The position numbers and the translations under genes were made by a program. A stretch of DNA of 64,000 nt from Candidatus Latescibacterota bacterium (GTDB lineage Bacteria; Latescibacterota; UBA2968). Location: NCBI GenBank assembly GCA_965222605.1, contig OZ244960.1, positions 6,112,001 through 6,176,000 on the forward strand. The letters are read 5' to 3'. This document shows, in pieces, positions 55,330-64,000 of this stretch. Position 1 is the stretch's first letter. Each line of letters starts with the position of its first letter. Under the pieces are notes generated by a model. That model made no database searches. It saw nothing but the letters and a program-made list of their open reading frames with translations, and was not told the DNA's origin.

Positions 55330-57276
55330 GTGGCTTTAGCAAGAGAGGCTATTGTTCCTGAATCTGCCAGACCCGCCGTGACGTTTCGGGCACTTATTTT
55401 GGGCACTTTTCTCACGGTGATGGCGACGATTGCCGGGTCTTACGCGAGATTTATTCTTCACACCACCAGATTGGACCAAAATCACCTCTCAGTCGCCGCT
55501 GTTTTTCCCATTGTTGTGATCGCGCTTGTGCTTTTGCGCCCGCTCAAGCTGAGTCGGGGCGAGCTTATTGTCATGTTTACTATGGCATTGATTGGCGCGA
55601 CTATGCCCACGTATTTTGTCGGGAAATTGATCGCCAATTTTACGGTGCCGTATTATCTGGCAACGCCCGAGAATCAGTGGGCAACCTATTACGAACCCTA
55701 TTTGCCAGAGTGGTCTATTCTGCCCGCGGGTGAACCCCTGCGGTGGTTTTTTGAAGGGTTGCCGCGCGGGGTTTCCGTGCCGTGGAATGCGTGGATTGTG
55801 CCCGTATTCTGGTGGATGACTGTGATTGCAGCTTTTTATGGCTGCTGCCTTTTTTTAATGGTTATTCTGCGAAAGCAGTGGATAGAGCACGAGCGCATTG
55901 ACTATCCGCTGATGGAAATGCCTTTGGCTGTGATGGAGGAGGACAACAGACAGGGGTTTTTCCCAATTCCCATGATGAATAGCCCGTTGTTCTGGGCCGG
56001 CTTCAGTCTCACGTTGTGTATTATCCTCTGGAATGTCATTTCCTATTTTAGTCCGACCTTTCCGGCGATTCCATGGAGCTTTGCGAGTATTCAGTTTGGG
56101 CGCGAATTTCCTCCTATTCTCGTGCGTCTTTACCTGATGGTTGTGGGTTTTGGATATTTTATCAATCTGGATATTTCACTGAGCCTGTGGGTGTTCAATG
56201 TGCTGACTAATCTGGAAAATGGCTTTTTTAACCGCTTTGGTCTAAATGCCGGTGCTGATGAAGAGTATTCCACCGCGCCGCTGGCGATGGGCGCGCAATC
56301 CATGGGGGCATTTATCGCTGTGGTACTCGTGGGGTTCTGGATGGCGCGCGGGCACTTGCGCGGGGTTTTTCGCAAGGCATTTTACCGCGATGATTCGGTT
56401 GACGATTCCGATGAGATCGTTTCGTATCGCACGGCGGTTTTTGGCCTTATAGCCTGCTCTGCCTACCTGGTCGTCTGGCATTTGGCAACGGGTATGGCGT
56501 TTAAGTATATCCCGATTTTTCTCTTTGGTGCCCTGGTTATGTATCTGGGGATTACGCGGGTTATTGCAGAGACCGGGCTGATTTCTATTCGCGCACCGTT
56601 GATGCCACAACCTTTTGCCATGTTTGTGATGGGGTCAGATGTGCTTTCACAGCAAACGCAGGTTTCTATCGCGCTTTCGTATTCATGGTGCAGCGATACC
56701 AAAACCACGATCATGCCCGCGCTTGCACATTCCGTCAAACTTTACGATACTGTTCGAGTCAACCAGCGGCGATTGATCGTTCCCATTGTTTTGGCGATGG
56801 CCGCAGGGGTGGCCGCTACATTTGTCTATACGATTTATATGGGCTATTTAAATGGCGCCGCAAATTACGGCGGTATTTTTCACGGGGGTCTCGCGCGGTT
56901 TCCCTGGGATAATCTGGTCAAGAAGTCGAAAGATCCCTTTGCGGTGCAGTGGTTGCCCATTATGTATATGGGGATTGGCGCTGCGGTGACGCTGCTTTTT
57001 ATGATGTTGCGCTATCGGGTTTCGTGGTGGCCGCTGCATCCAATTGGATTTGCTGCCGGACCGGTTTATCCGGTTAATAATGTCATTTTTGCAATTTTTC
57101 TCGCCTGGGCGATCAAGTCTATTGTTTTGCGGATTGGGGGCATTCGCGCCTATCGTGCGGGTCGGCCGTTTTTTATAGGGCTTATTATGGGGCATTTTAT
57201 GGGGGCTGGTATTTCGTTTGTCGTCGATATGATCTGGTTCCCGGGGCAGGGGCATAGCATTCCTTTTTCGGATTAG
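55330..57276 (+). CDS. DUF6785/DUF6784-type polytopic membrane protein (putative OPT-like transporter)
   Basis: TFRALILG, ILRKQWIEHERIDYPL, WWPLHPIGF and GGIRAYRAGRPFFIGLIMG. Confidence 0.7.
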   Translation: MALAREAIVPESARPAVTFRALILGTFLTVMATIAGSYARFILHTTRLDQNHLSVAAVFPIVVIALVLLRPLKLSRGELIVMFTMALIGATMPTYFVGKLIANFTVPYYLATPENQWATYYEPYLPEWSILPAGEPLRWFFEGLPRGVSVPWNAWIVPVFWWMTVIAAFYGCCLFLMVILRKQWIEHERIDYPLMEMPLAVMEEDNRQGFFPIPMMNSPLFWAGFSLTLCIILWNVISYFSPTFPAIPWSFASIQFGREFPPILVRLYLMVVGFGYFINLDISLSLWVFNVLTNLENGFFNRFGLNAGADEEYSTAPLAMGAQSMGAFIAVVLVGFWMARGHLRGVFRKAFYRDDSVDDSDEIVSYRTAVFGLIACSAYLVVWHLATGMAFKYIPIFLFGALVMYLGITRVIAETGLISIRAPLMPQPFAMFVMGSDVLSQQTQVSIALSYSWCSDTKTTIMPALAHSVKLYDTVRVNQRRLIVPIVLAMAAGVAATFVYTIYMGYLNGAANYGGIFHGGLARFPWDNLVKKSKDPFAVQWLPIMYMGIGAAVTLLFMMLRYRVSWWPLHPIGFAAGPVYPVNNVIFAIFLAWAIKSIVLRIGGIRAYRAGRPFFIGLIMGHFMGAGISFVVDMIWFPGQGHSIPFSD

Positions 57277-57305
57277 AATTATCCATTTTTTTCAGGAGCT
57301 TTAAA

Positions 57306-58397
57306 ATGAAAATTACGGGTATCGAACTCGACGCCGTGCATGTCAATCACCGCGGGGATTGGGTGTTTGTACATGTACTTACGGATGAGGGCATCCAGGG
57401 AGTAGGGGAGATGCGCTCAGGCAACAATTATGCGGCACAATTAGCGGCTTTGCGCGATCTGAGTGAATCGGTCAAAGGGTGCGATCCGAGAAAAATTGAG
57501 GCTCTTGTGTCGCGCTATACAAGCACAGAACGCACAAAGGTGGAATTGTTCGCGTTGAGTGCGTTTGAACAGGCGCTGTGGGATATTTTGGGCAAATCGC
57601 TCAATGCCCCTGTTCACGCGCTTTTGGGAGGCGCGTGTCGAGATGAGATCCGGTTGTATGCGAATATTAATCGAGCGACCACAGACCGATCGCCCGAGGG
57701 GTTTGCCAAAAATGCCGCTGCTGCGGTAGCCGAGGGATTTGATGCGGTCAAGCTGGACCCTTTTGATGGCGTGCGCGCTGCCGACAATGCCAAAGAGGCT
57801 GCAAGGGGGATTGCGTGTATGCAGGCGGTTCGTGAAGCCATCGGGCCAGAGGCCGATTTGCTCGTGGATTGTCACAGCAAGTTCACGGTTCGCGGCGCGA
57901 TCGAGGTCGCGGGTGAGTTGCGCGATCTCAATCTTTTCTGGTTTGAGCAACCGACGTCCGAAAATAGCCTCGATAATTGTCTTGCGGTTAAAGAAGGGTG
58001 TGGGTTGACGATTGCGGGAGGCGAGCAGCGGGGATTGCGGCGGGATTGGGTCGAGGTGGTGGAAAATCTCAGTATGGATATTCCCATGCCCGATGTGACG
58101 GTTGTGGGTGGGATCGGTGAGTTAAAAAAAATAGGGGATATGCTCCACGCCTGGGGGCTGCCCACGGCGCCACACGGTCCTTTTGGCCCGGTGGTGATCG
58201 CGGCTGGCGTGCATGCGATGGCGTCCTTGCCGGGGTTTGTCATTTTGGAATACGGATGGGGAGAGATTCCCTGGCGCAAGGATTTGACCATTCCCGGCGA
58301 GGAGATTGTAAATGGACGCATTCGCATTAATGATCGGCCTGGCCTCGGCGTTGAATTGAATCCCGATATGGTTGAGAAGCACAGAGTCCATGTGTAA
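57306..58397 (+). CDS. Galactonate-dehydratase-like enolase-superfamily enzyme
   Basis: WVFVHVLTDEGIQGVGE, ALWDILGK...LLGG, LYANINR, VDCH and PGLGVELN. Confidence 0.85.
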   Translation: MKITGIELDAVHVNHRGDWVFVHVLTDEGIQGVGEMRSGNNYAAQLAALRDLSESVKGCDPRKIEALVSRYTSTERTKVELFALSAFEQALWDILGKSLNAPVHALLGGACRDEIRLYANINRATTDRSPEGFAKNAAAAVAEGFDAVKLDPFDGVRAADNAKEAARGIACMQAVREAIGPEADLLVDCHSKFTVRGAIEVAGELRDLNLFWFEQPTSENSLDNCLAVKEGCGLTIAGGEQRGLRRDWVEVVENLSMDIPMPDVTVVGGIGELKKIGDMLHAWGLPTAPHGPFGPVVIAAGVHAMASLPGFVILEYGWGEIPWRKDLTIPGEEIVNGRIRINDRPGLGVELNPDMVEKHRVHV

Positions 58398-58428
58398 GTA
58401 CAATGGTGATAACAAAAAGGAGCAGTCG

Positions 58429-59286
58429 ATGTTCAAAAGTCTCAATGCCGGTGCGCTTGGCGTAAGAGGACGTGTTGATGAGTTGATTGGATATGCAAAA
58501 CGCGCTGGATTTCAGGGAGTTGATATCAATATTCAGGAGATCACTTCTCTGGTCAATGCGCGTGGTGCAGAACATGTGAAGGGGCTGTTTGCCGATGCTG
58601 GTTTGAGAATGGGCGCGTGGGGTTTGTCGGTGAATTGGCAGGGAGATGATGCCGAATACAAGGCTGGACTGTCAAAGCTGGATGATTTTGCCGCTGCCGC
58701 TGTTGCCGTGGGAGCTACGCGGGCTGCTCAATGGGTACCTGCGGCTTCTGAAGACCGCAAATTTGGCGATAATTTCAGGTGGCATATTGATCGTTTTAAG
58801 CCAATTGCCGAAATTTTGGGCGAGCATGGATGCAGTCTGGGGCTGGAGTTTATCGGGCCGCGCACCCTGCGAGTGGATAAATCTTATGGGTTTATTCATT
58901 CGATGGATGGCATGCTCGCACTTGCCCATGCGGTTGGTACGGGTAATGTTGGGTTGCTTCTCGATTGCTGGCACTGGTACACGGGTTTGGGGACAATATC
59001 GGATCTGATGGCATTGACTGCTGAAGATGTGGTGCATGTTCACGTCAATGACGCGCCCGATGGTGTCGATGTGAGCGATCAGATTGACAATAAACGCGCC
59101 TTGCCGGGTGAGACGGGTGTGATCGATCTGGTTGGTTTTTTGAGCGCGCTGCAAAAAATTGGCTATGACGGCCCGGTGTCGTCCGAGCCTTTTAGTCAGT
59201 CGGTGCGAGAAATGGCAGCGCAAGATGCCGTGCAAACAACACACGACGCGCTGGACAAAGGATGGCAAGCCGCTCAGTTACCGTGA
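58429..59286 (+). CDS. Sugar phosphate isomerase/epimerase (AP_endonuc_2 TIM barrel)
   Basis: LGLEF, GLLLDCWH, HVHVND, PGETGVIDL and GYDGPVSSEPF. Confidence 0.85.
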   Translation: MFKSLNAGALGVRGRVDELIGYAKRAGFQGVDINIQEITSLVNARGAEHVKGLFADAGLRMGAWGLSVNWQGDDAEYKAGLSKLDDFAAAAVAVGATRAAQWVPAASEDRKFGDNFRWHIDRFKPIAEILGEHGCSLGLEFIGPRTLRVDKSYGFIHSMDGMLALAHAVGTGNVGLLLDCWHWYTGLGTISDLMALTAEDVVHVHVNDAPDGVDVSDQIDNKRALPGETGVIDLVGFLSALQKIGYDGPVSSEPFSQSVREMAAQDAVQTTHDALDKGWQAAQLP

Positions 59287-59297
59287 GGAGGATTGCG

Positions 59298-59852
59298 ATG
59301 GAGACTTTTGTAGAGAATTACATCGCGCAAAATTTGACCTTGCTCAAGGCGCTGGATGCCGGGGCAATAGCCCGCATTATTGCCGAGTTTGGCAAGGCGA
59401 GAGATGCGCATAAGAGAATTTATGCCATCGGCAATGGGGGCAGCGCGAGTACGGCATCGCATTTTGTCAACGATATGGGCAAGGGCGCTTCAATTGGGCG
59501 CGAAACGCGCTTTAAGACAATTTCGCTGACGGATAATGTGGAATGGATGACGGCGTTGAGCAATGATTTGTGTTACGAAGATGTGTATGTTGAACAATTG
59601 AAAAATTTTGCTGAACCCGGCGATGTTTTATTGGCGATAAGCGGCAGTGGAAATTCCGAAAATGTGTTGCGGGCAGTGCGGTATGCCAACGAGGTTGGCT
59701 GTGTCACCATTGGGTTTACGGGATTTGAGGGGGGAAGGCTGAGAGAACTCGTTCAACAATGTGTGGTGATTCCTTCTGACCACATGGGACGCATCGAAGA
59801 TATGCATCTTATTTTGCAGCACATGATCTGTTATTATTTTATGGAACAGTGA
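59298..59852 (+). CDS. SIS-domain phosphoheptose-isomerase (GmhA)-like protein
   Basis: GNGGSASTASH, TALSND, ISGSGNSENV and EDMHL. Confidence 0.85.
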   Translation: METFVENYIAQNLTLLKALDAGAIARIIAEFGKARDAHKRIYAIGNGGSASTASHFVNDMGKGASIGRETRFKTISLTDNVEWMTALSNDLCYEDVYVEQLKNFAEPGDVLLAISGSGNSENVLRAVRYANEVGCVTIGFTGFEGGRLRELVQQCVVIPSDHMGRIEDMHLILQHMICYYFMEQ

Positions 59853-59861
59853 GCGTCATGC

Positions 59862-60899
59862 ATGGTTCGACTGTCTGGGTGTCTGCTAATTCTCGTGTTC
59901 GGTTTTGGATCCGAGATCGGGTATCTCTATCAGTTGGTCAAAGGTCAGGCCGCGCTTCTGTGGAAAGCAGAACCTATTGACAAGGTGCTGAAAACGGGGA
60001 CGCTCTCGCCCGATCAGCGTGCAAAATTGGAACTCGTGCAGGTTATCCGAGCGTTTGCCCAACGCGAAATCGGTCTGATTACCTCGAAAAATTACACCAC
60101 GTATGTCGATATCGGGCGCGGGCCGGTGTCGTGGAATCTCGTCGTTTGCCCCAAAGATCGCCTGGAACCGATCGAGTGGTCTTATCCGATTGTGGGCGCG
60201 GTTCCTTATAGGGGTTATTTTGATCGCGCGAAAGCCGAAGAAGCACGCGATCACTATGTGGCCGAGGGATATGATACCTATTTGCGACCGGTGGGTGCGT
60301 ACAGTACGCTGGGGTGGTTTTCCGATCCGGTGTTGAGCGCGATGTTGCGCTATTCCGAAGGCGATCTGGCGGATCTTATTATTCACGAGTTGACGCATGC
60401 AACCGTGTGGATCGAAGGGGATGTCACCTTTAACGAGAGTCTGGCGAGTTTTGTCGGTGAGGCCGGGGCGTTGATGTGGTTGCAGCGCAAATACGGTGCC
60501 GATTCCGAAGCGGTGCGTCAGGTGATCAACAAGCGTGCAGATGGTGTTGTTTTTCAAAAATTTATGCGCGATATTGCTTCCCGTCTCGATTCACTTTACC
60601 AGTCCAATTCTCCCCATAAAATAACGCTGCGCCAGCAGATTTTCGATTCCGCACGCGCAGAATTTCATACGCTTTCCCTCAAGACCAATCTATATGTCCA
60701 CTTTCCTTCGTGGGAACTCAACAATGCGCGGATGGCTCTTTATCGGGTTTATCGGGAGCGTACGGATGTGTTTTCGCGCGTGTATCTGGCGTGTGATAAC
60801 AATTTGAAAGCGACTGTTGAGGTCTTGCGCCAGTGTGCAAATGCAGAGGATCCAGCAGCGTGGCTGGAGGAATGGTTGGCGCAAGGTGCTGTCCCTTGA
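59862..60899 (+). CDS. Putative zinc aminopeptidase
   Basis: VPYRGYF, AYSTLGWFSDP, HELTH and FNESLASFV. Confidence 0.85.
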   Translation: MVRLSGCLLILVFGFGSEIGYLYQLVKGQAALLWKAEPIDKVLKTGTLSPDQRAKLELVQVIRAFAQREIGLITSKNYTTYVDIGRGPVSWNLVVCPKDRLEPIEWSYPIVGAVPYRGYFDRAKAEEARDHYVAEGYDTYLRPVGAYSTLGWFSDPVLSAMLRYSEGDLADLIIHELTHATVWIEGDVTFNESLASFVGEAGALMWLQRKYGADSEAVRQVINKRADGVVFQKFMRDIASRLDSLYQSNSPHKITLRQQIFDSARAEFHTLSLKTNLYVHFPSWELNNARMALYRVYRERTDVFSRVYLACDNNLKATVEVLRQCANAEDPAAWLEEWLAQGAVP

Positions 60900-60933
60900 C
60901 CCGGAGACGGGAGTTCGCCACAGGAGTCTCACT

Positions 60934-62082
60934 ATGACTTACAGAGTCGGTATTATTGGGTGTGGTTCAATTGCACGTAGTCACGCCGATGGATATTTGC
61001 GCGTTGCCAATGCAGAGATGGTGGCGGTTGCCGATCCTCATCCGGTTGCACGCGAGCAATTTTGCGAGGAGTTTGGCATTCCCAATGCCTATGCTTCGGT
61101 GGAGGAGATGGTGGCAAAGGAAGATCTCGATATCGCCAGCGTTTGCACCTGGCATCTGCTCCATCCCGATTGTACGATTGACGCGGCAAATGGCGGTGTG
61201 CCGGGTATTATTTGCGAAAAGCCTATGGCGATTGGCATTGGTGAGGCAGATCGCATGCTGGACGCGTGTGAAAAAAATGGAACGAAGTTGGTAGTTAGCC
61301 ATCAGCGGCGTTTTACACCCGGTTGGGAGAAAGCGCGGGCGTTGATGCGCGAAAAGGTTATCGGCGATGCTGTGATGGTGCAAGGACAGGTCGCTCAGGG
61401 GTTGATTAACTGGGCGACGCATACCATTGATGGCATGCGTTTTGTACTGGATGATCCAGAAACCGAGTGGGTGATGGGTGCTGTCGAACGGCAGACTGAT
61501 CGCTTTGAGCGCGATACACCGATTGAGGATGCGTGTATGGGTTTGATCGCGTTTGCCAATGGCGCTCAGGCTTTGGTCCAGGCGGATTTGAACCGTCCAG
61601 GTGAACAGGCTGGGCATTTTCAGATTCGCGGCACAGAGGGATTGATGGAGGTAACCGAGCGCACTGTTCGCGTGTTCAATACAGGTGGATGGGGAGATGT
61701 GGAAATTGCCGCCGATGAGGCGTATCGCGCAATTGGCGGCGAGACCAATGCCGATTCTGTGCGCGAATTAATCGCGTGGTTAGAAGGAGGCAATGAACAC
61801 CGCTCTTCGGGGCGCAAGGCTCGTGCAACGGTCGAGATTATGATGGCGCTTTTTGAATCCGCACGGCAACATCGGGTTGTGCATCTGCCGCTCGAGGAAA
61901 TGGGCTATCCGCTACAATTGATGATTGAAGAAGGCAAGTTGCCCGTTGCTGTTCCCGGGAGATACGATATTCGCGCATTTCTCAATCCCGAGGGGATGGA
62001 TGAAGCGGCTTATAGGCGGCTAAGAGCCGAAGGTGTGAGCCATGCTGCGGCGATGCGACAGCTTGCAGATGAAGAGCAATAA
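60934..62082 (+). CDS. Gfo/Idh/MocA oxidoreductase
   Basis: GIIGCGSIA, ICEKPMA, HQRRF and THTID. Confidence 0.88.
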   Translation: MTYRVGIIGCGSIARSHADGYLRVANAEMVAVADPHPVAREQFCEEFGIPNAYASVEEMVAKEDLDIASVCTWHLLHPDCTIDAANGGVPGIICEKPMAIGIGEADRMLDACEKNGTKLVVSHQRRFTPGWEKARALMREKVIGDAVMVQGQVAQGLINWATHTIDGMRFVLDDPETEWVMGAVERQTDRFERDTPIEDACMGLIAFANGAQALVQADLNRPGEQAGHFQIRGTEGLMEVTERTVRVFNTGGWGDVEIAADEAYRAIGGETNADSVRELIAWLEGGNEHRSSGRKARATVEIMMALFESARQHRVVHLPLEEMGYPLQLMIEEGKLPVAVPGRYDIRAFLNPEGMDEAAYRRLRAEGVSHAAAMRQLADEEQ

Positions 62083-62085
62083 GCG

Positions 62086-64000
62086 ATGACTATGGATACA
62101 AACCGAAAATTTTTGCCTTTTCTGGTTATTCTCTTTGCGGGGAGTGGGTGCGCCGCGCTCATTTACGAAATTGTCTGGTTTCAGATGTTGCAACTGATTA
62201 TCGGGTCTTCGGCAATTTCTCTCGGCATATTGCTGGGTACGTTTATGGGCGGGATGTGCGTTGGTAGTGTGATGCTTTCACGCATTATTTCAACGCGCTA
62301 TCATCCGTTAAAGGTGTATGCGCTTTTGGAATTGGGCATTGGTATCGTGGGCCTGATTTTGCTCTTTGTGCTGCCTCTGATTGGCGCATTTTATATCGGT
62401 GTGGCAACTTATGGCTTTTGGGGACATTTCCTGCGGGGGATTGTCTGTGCGATCTGTCTTTTTTTTCCTACAGTGTTGATGGGGGCGACCCTGCCTGCGA
62501 TAGCGCGGTGGACAGAGTCAACGCCTCGCGGCATTTCGTGGCTTGGCTTTTTTTACGGGGGCAATATTGCCGGTGCTGTTTGCGGGTGTTTGTTCGCGGG
62601 TTTTTATCTGTTGCGCCTGTACGATGTTGTTACGGCAACTTATGTGGCGGTCGCGCTTAATTTTGCCGTGGCACTTATCGGATATGGGTTGGCAAAATGG
62701 GCTGAGTACGATGCGTCAATGGCAAAAACGACCGCGCGCAGTCTGTGGATAAAAGAAGCCTGGCGAGTTTATGTGACCATTGCGATTTCCGGCGCGTGTG
62801 CGCTGGGTGCCCAGGTAATTTGGACGCGGTTGCTGGCGCTTATGATGGGGGCGACTGTTTATGCTTTTTCGATTATTCTGGGGGTTTTTCTAATTGGGTT
62901 GGGTGTGGGTAGCAGTGTGGGGGCGTATTTTACTCGTACAAAAGTAAATCCCAAAATCGCGCTCGGGTGGTGCCAACTTCTTCTTGTTGGCGCGATTGCC
63001 TGGGCGGCTTATGCGCTTGCTCATTTGCTTCCGTATTGGACATCGGGAGGAACAACCGCGGTGCGATTTCAATTGGATTTACTGCGTTGTTTTGTGGCTA
63101 TTTTTCCCGCGACCGTGCTGTGGGGAGGTAGTTTTCCGCTGGCACTTGCTGCTGCGCGTTTACAGGGACGCGATCCCGGCACGCTGGCCGGGAGTGTGTA
63201 TGCGGCCAATACGGCAGGTGCAATTGTGGGCGCGCTCGGTTTTAGTGTGGTTTTGATCGCGCTTTTAGGTACGCAGATAACGCAACAGGTGTTACTCATC
63301 CTTTCTGCGTGCGGGGCTATTCTGATGTTTGGGCGAGGGTTGTGGCAGGTGCGGTATGCGGGCAAAACTGTCAGGTCAGATCGATGGGTCGGCGTTGCGG
63401 TGGGTGTTGTCTTGCTGGTCTGGAGTATGCCGGGGCCGCCGCTGGCGCTGATTGCTTATGGACGTTCGCTTCTCGATTGGGGAGATGACGCGACGTATAT
63501 TTACGCGGGTGAAGGGATGAATGCATCGGTTGTGGTGTCGGAGCTGGATAATGGCGTGCGGAATTTTCATGTTAGTGGAAAAGTCGTGGCTTCCAACGAA
63601 CCACAGGATATGCGTTTGCAGCGCCTGTTGGGGCATCTCTCTGCATTGATGCACAGGGAGCCGCGTTCTGTGCTCGTGGTCGGATGTGGTGCGGGGGTGA
63701 CGGCGGGAACTTATGTTTTATATCCGAGTGTTGAACGCATTGTGATCTGCGAGATTGAGCCGTTGATTCCGCCAGCAGCCGAGGGATATTTTGGCCCTGA
63801 GAACTACGATGTATTAAAAGATCCCCGTGTGGAAATCATTATTGACGATGCGCGACATTATCTGCTGGCAACAGATGAGAAATTCGATATTATTACATCT
63901 GATCCGATCCATCCCTGGGTCAAGGGTGCCGGCGCGCTGTATTCGAAAGAGTATTTTGCGTTGTGCAAAAAGCGTTTGAATCCCGGAGGTGTTGTGACGC
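62086..64000 (+). CDS. Fused MFS-like membrane / spermidine synthase protein (runs off the window end)
   Basis: Not in the ORF track because it has no stop. Reads FAGSGCAALIYEIVW..., LMGATLP, VLVVGCGAGVT, CEIEP, DDARHYL and DIITSDPIHPW. Confidence 0.88.
   Translation, partial: MTMDTNRKFLPFLVILFAGSGCAALIYEIVWFQMLQLIIGSSAISLGILLGTFMGGMCVGSVMLSRIISTRYHPLKVYALLELGIGIVGLILLFVLPLIGAFYIGVATYGFWGHFLRGIVCAICLFFPTVLMGATLPAIARWTESTPRGISWLGFFYGGNIAGAVCGCLFAGFYLLRLYDVVTATYVAVALNFAVALIGYGLAKWAEYDASMAKTTARSLWIKEAWRVYVTIAISGACALGAQVIWTRLLALMMGATVYAFSIILGVFLIGLGVGSSVGAYFTRTKVNPKIALGWCQLLLVGAIAWAAYALAHLLPYWTSGGTTAVRFQLDLLRCFVAIFPATVLWGGSFPLALAAARLQGRDPGTLAGSVYAANTAGAIVGALGFSVVLIALLGTQITQQVLLILSACGAILMFGRGLWQVRYAGKTVRSDRWVGVAVGVVLLVWSMPGPPLALIAYGRSLLDWGDDATYIYAGEGMNASVVVSELDNGVRNFHVSGKVVASNEPQDMRLQRLLGHLSALMHREPRSVLVVGCGAGVTAGTYVLYPSVERIVICEIEPLIPPAAEGYFGPENYDVLKDPRVEIIIDDARHYLLATDEKFDIITSDPIHPWVKGAGALYSKEYFALCKKRLNPGGVVT

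Noticed and set aside
1-64000. tRNA, rRNA, prophage or transposase genes
   Set aside because: No cloverleaf/T-loop patterns in the intergenic gaps, and no phage or transposase motifs in the translations.

Overview
64 kb of gene-dense bacterial chromosome, about 55 CDS, mostly on the + strand, GC around 50-55% by eye. C-terminal DxDGDGxVxFxDF repeats on secreted proteases, DUF6785-type transporters and many Gfo/Idh/MocA, enolase-superfamily and PhyH genes suggest an FCB-group lineage such as Latescibacterota/Gemmatimonadota; this is inference from gene content. Main blocks: S8 and HEFFH secreted proteases; a GAF/PepSY-TM protein paired with a cytochrome c'-like lipoprotein; BrnTA; SRAP; an ArsC/Spx-family gene missed by the ORF track because it has an in-frame TGA at the first Cys of the CxxC motif (probable selenoprotein); a metal-uptake locus (DtxR-feoAB plus troABCDR, both permeases fused to DtxR-like domains); map; a GT3-like glycosyltransferase; rsbW-like/hpf/hprK; aspartate kinase; BCCT; a TonB receptor; an orphan adenine methylase; a Menshen-like three-gene defence cassette; and sugar-acid catabolic genes. 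Two intergenic regions (about 32.75-32.87 kb and 55.09-55.19 kb) contain well-formed riboswitch-like RNA structures that I cannot assign to a known family. I saw no rRNA, tRNA, CRISPR array or transposase. All product calls come from motif recognition, not database searches.
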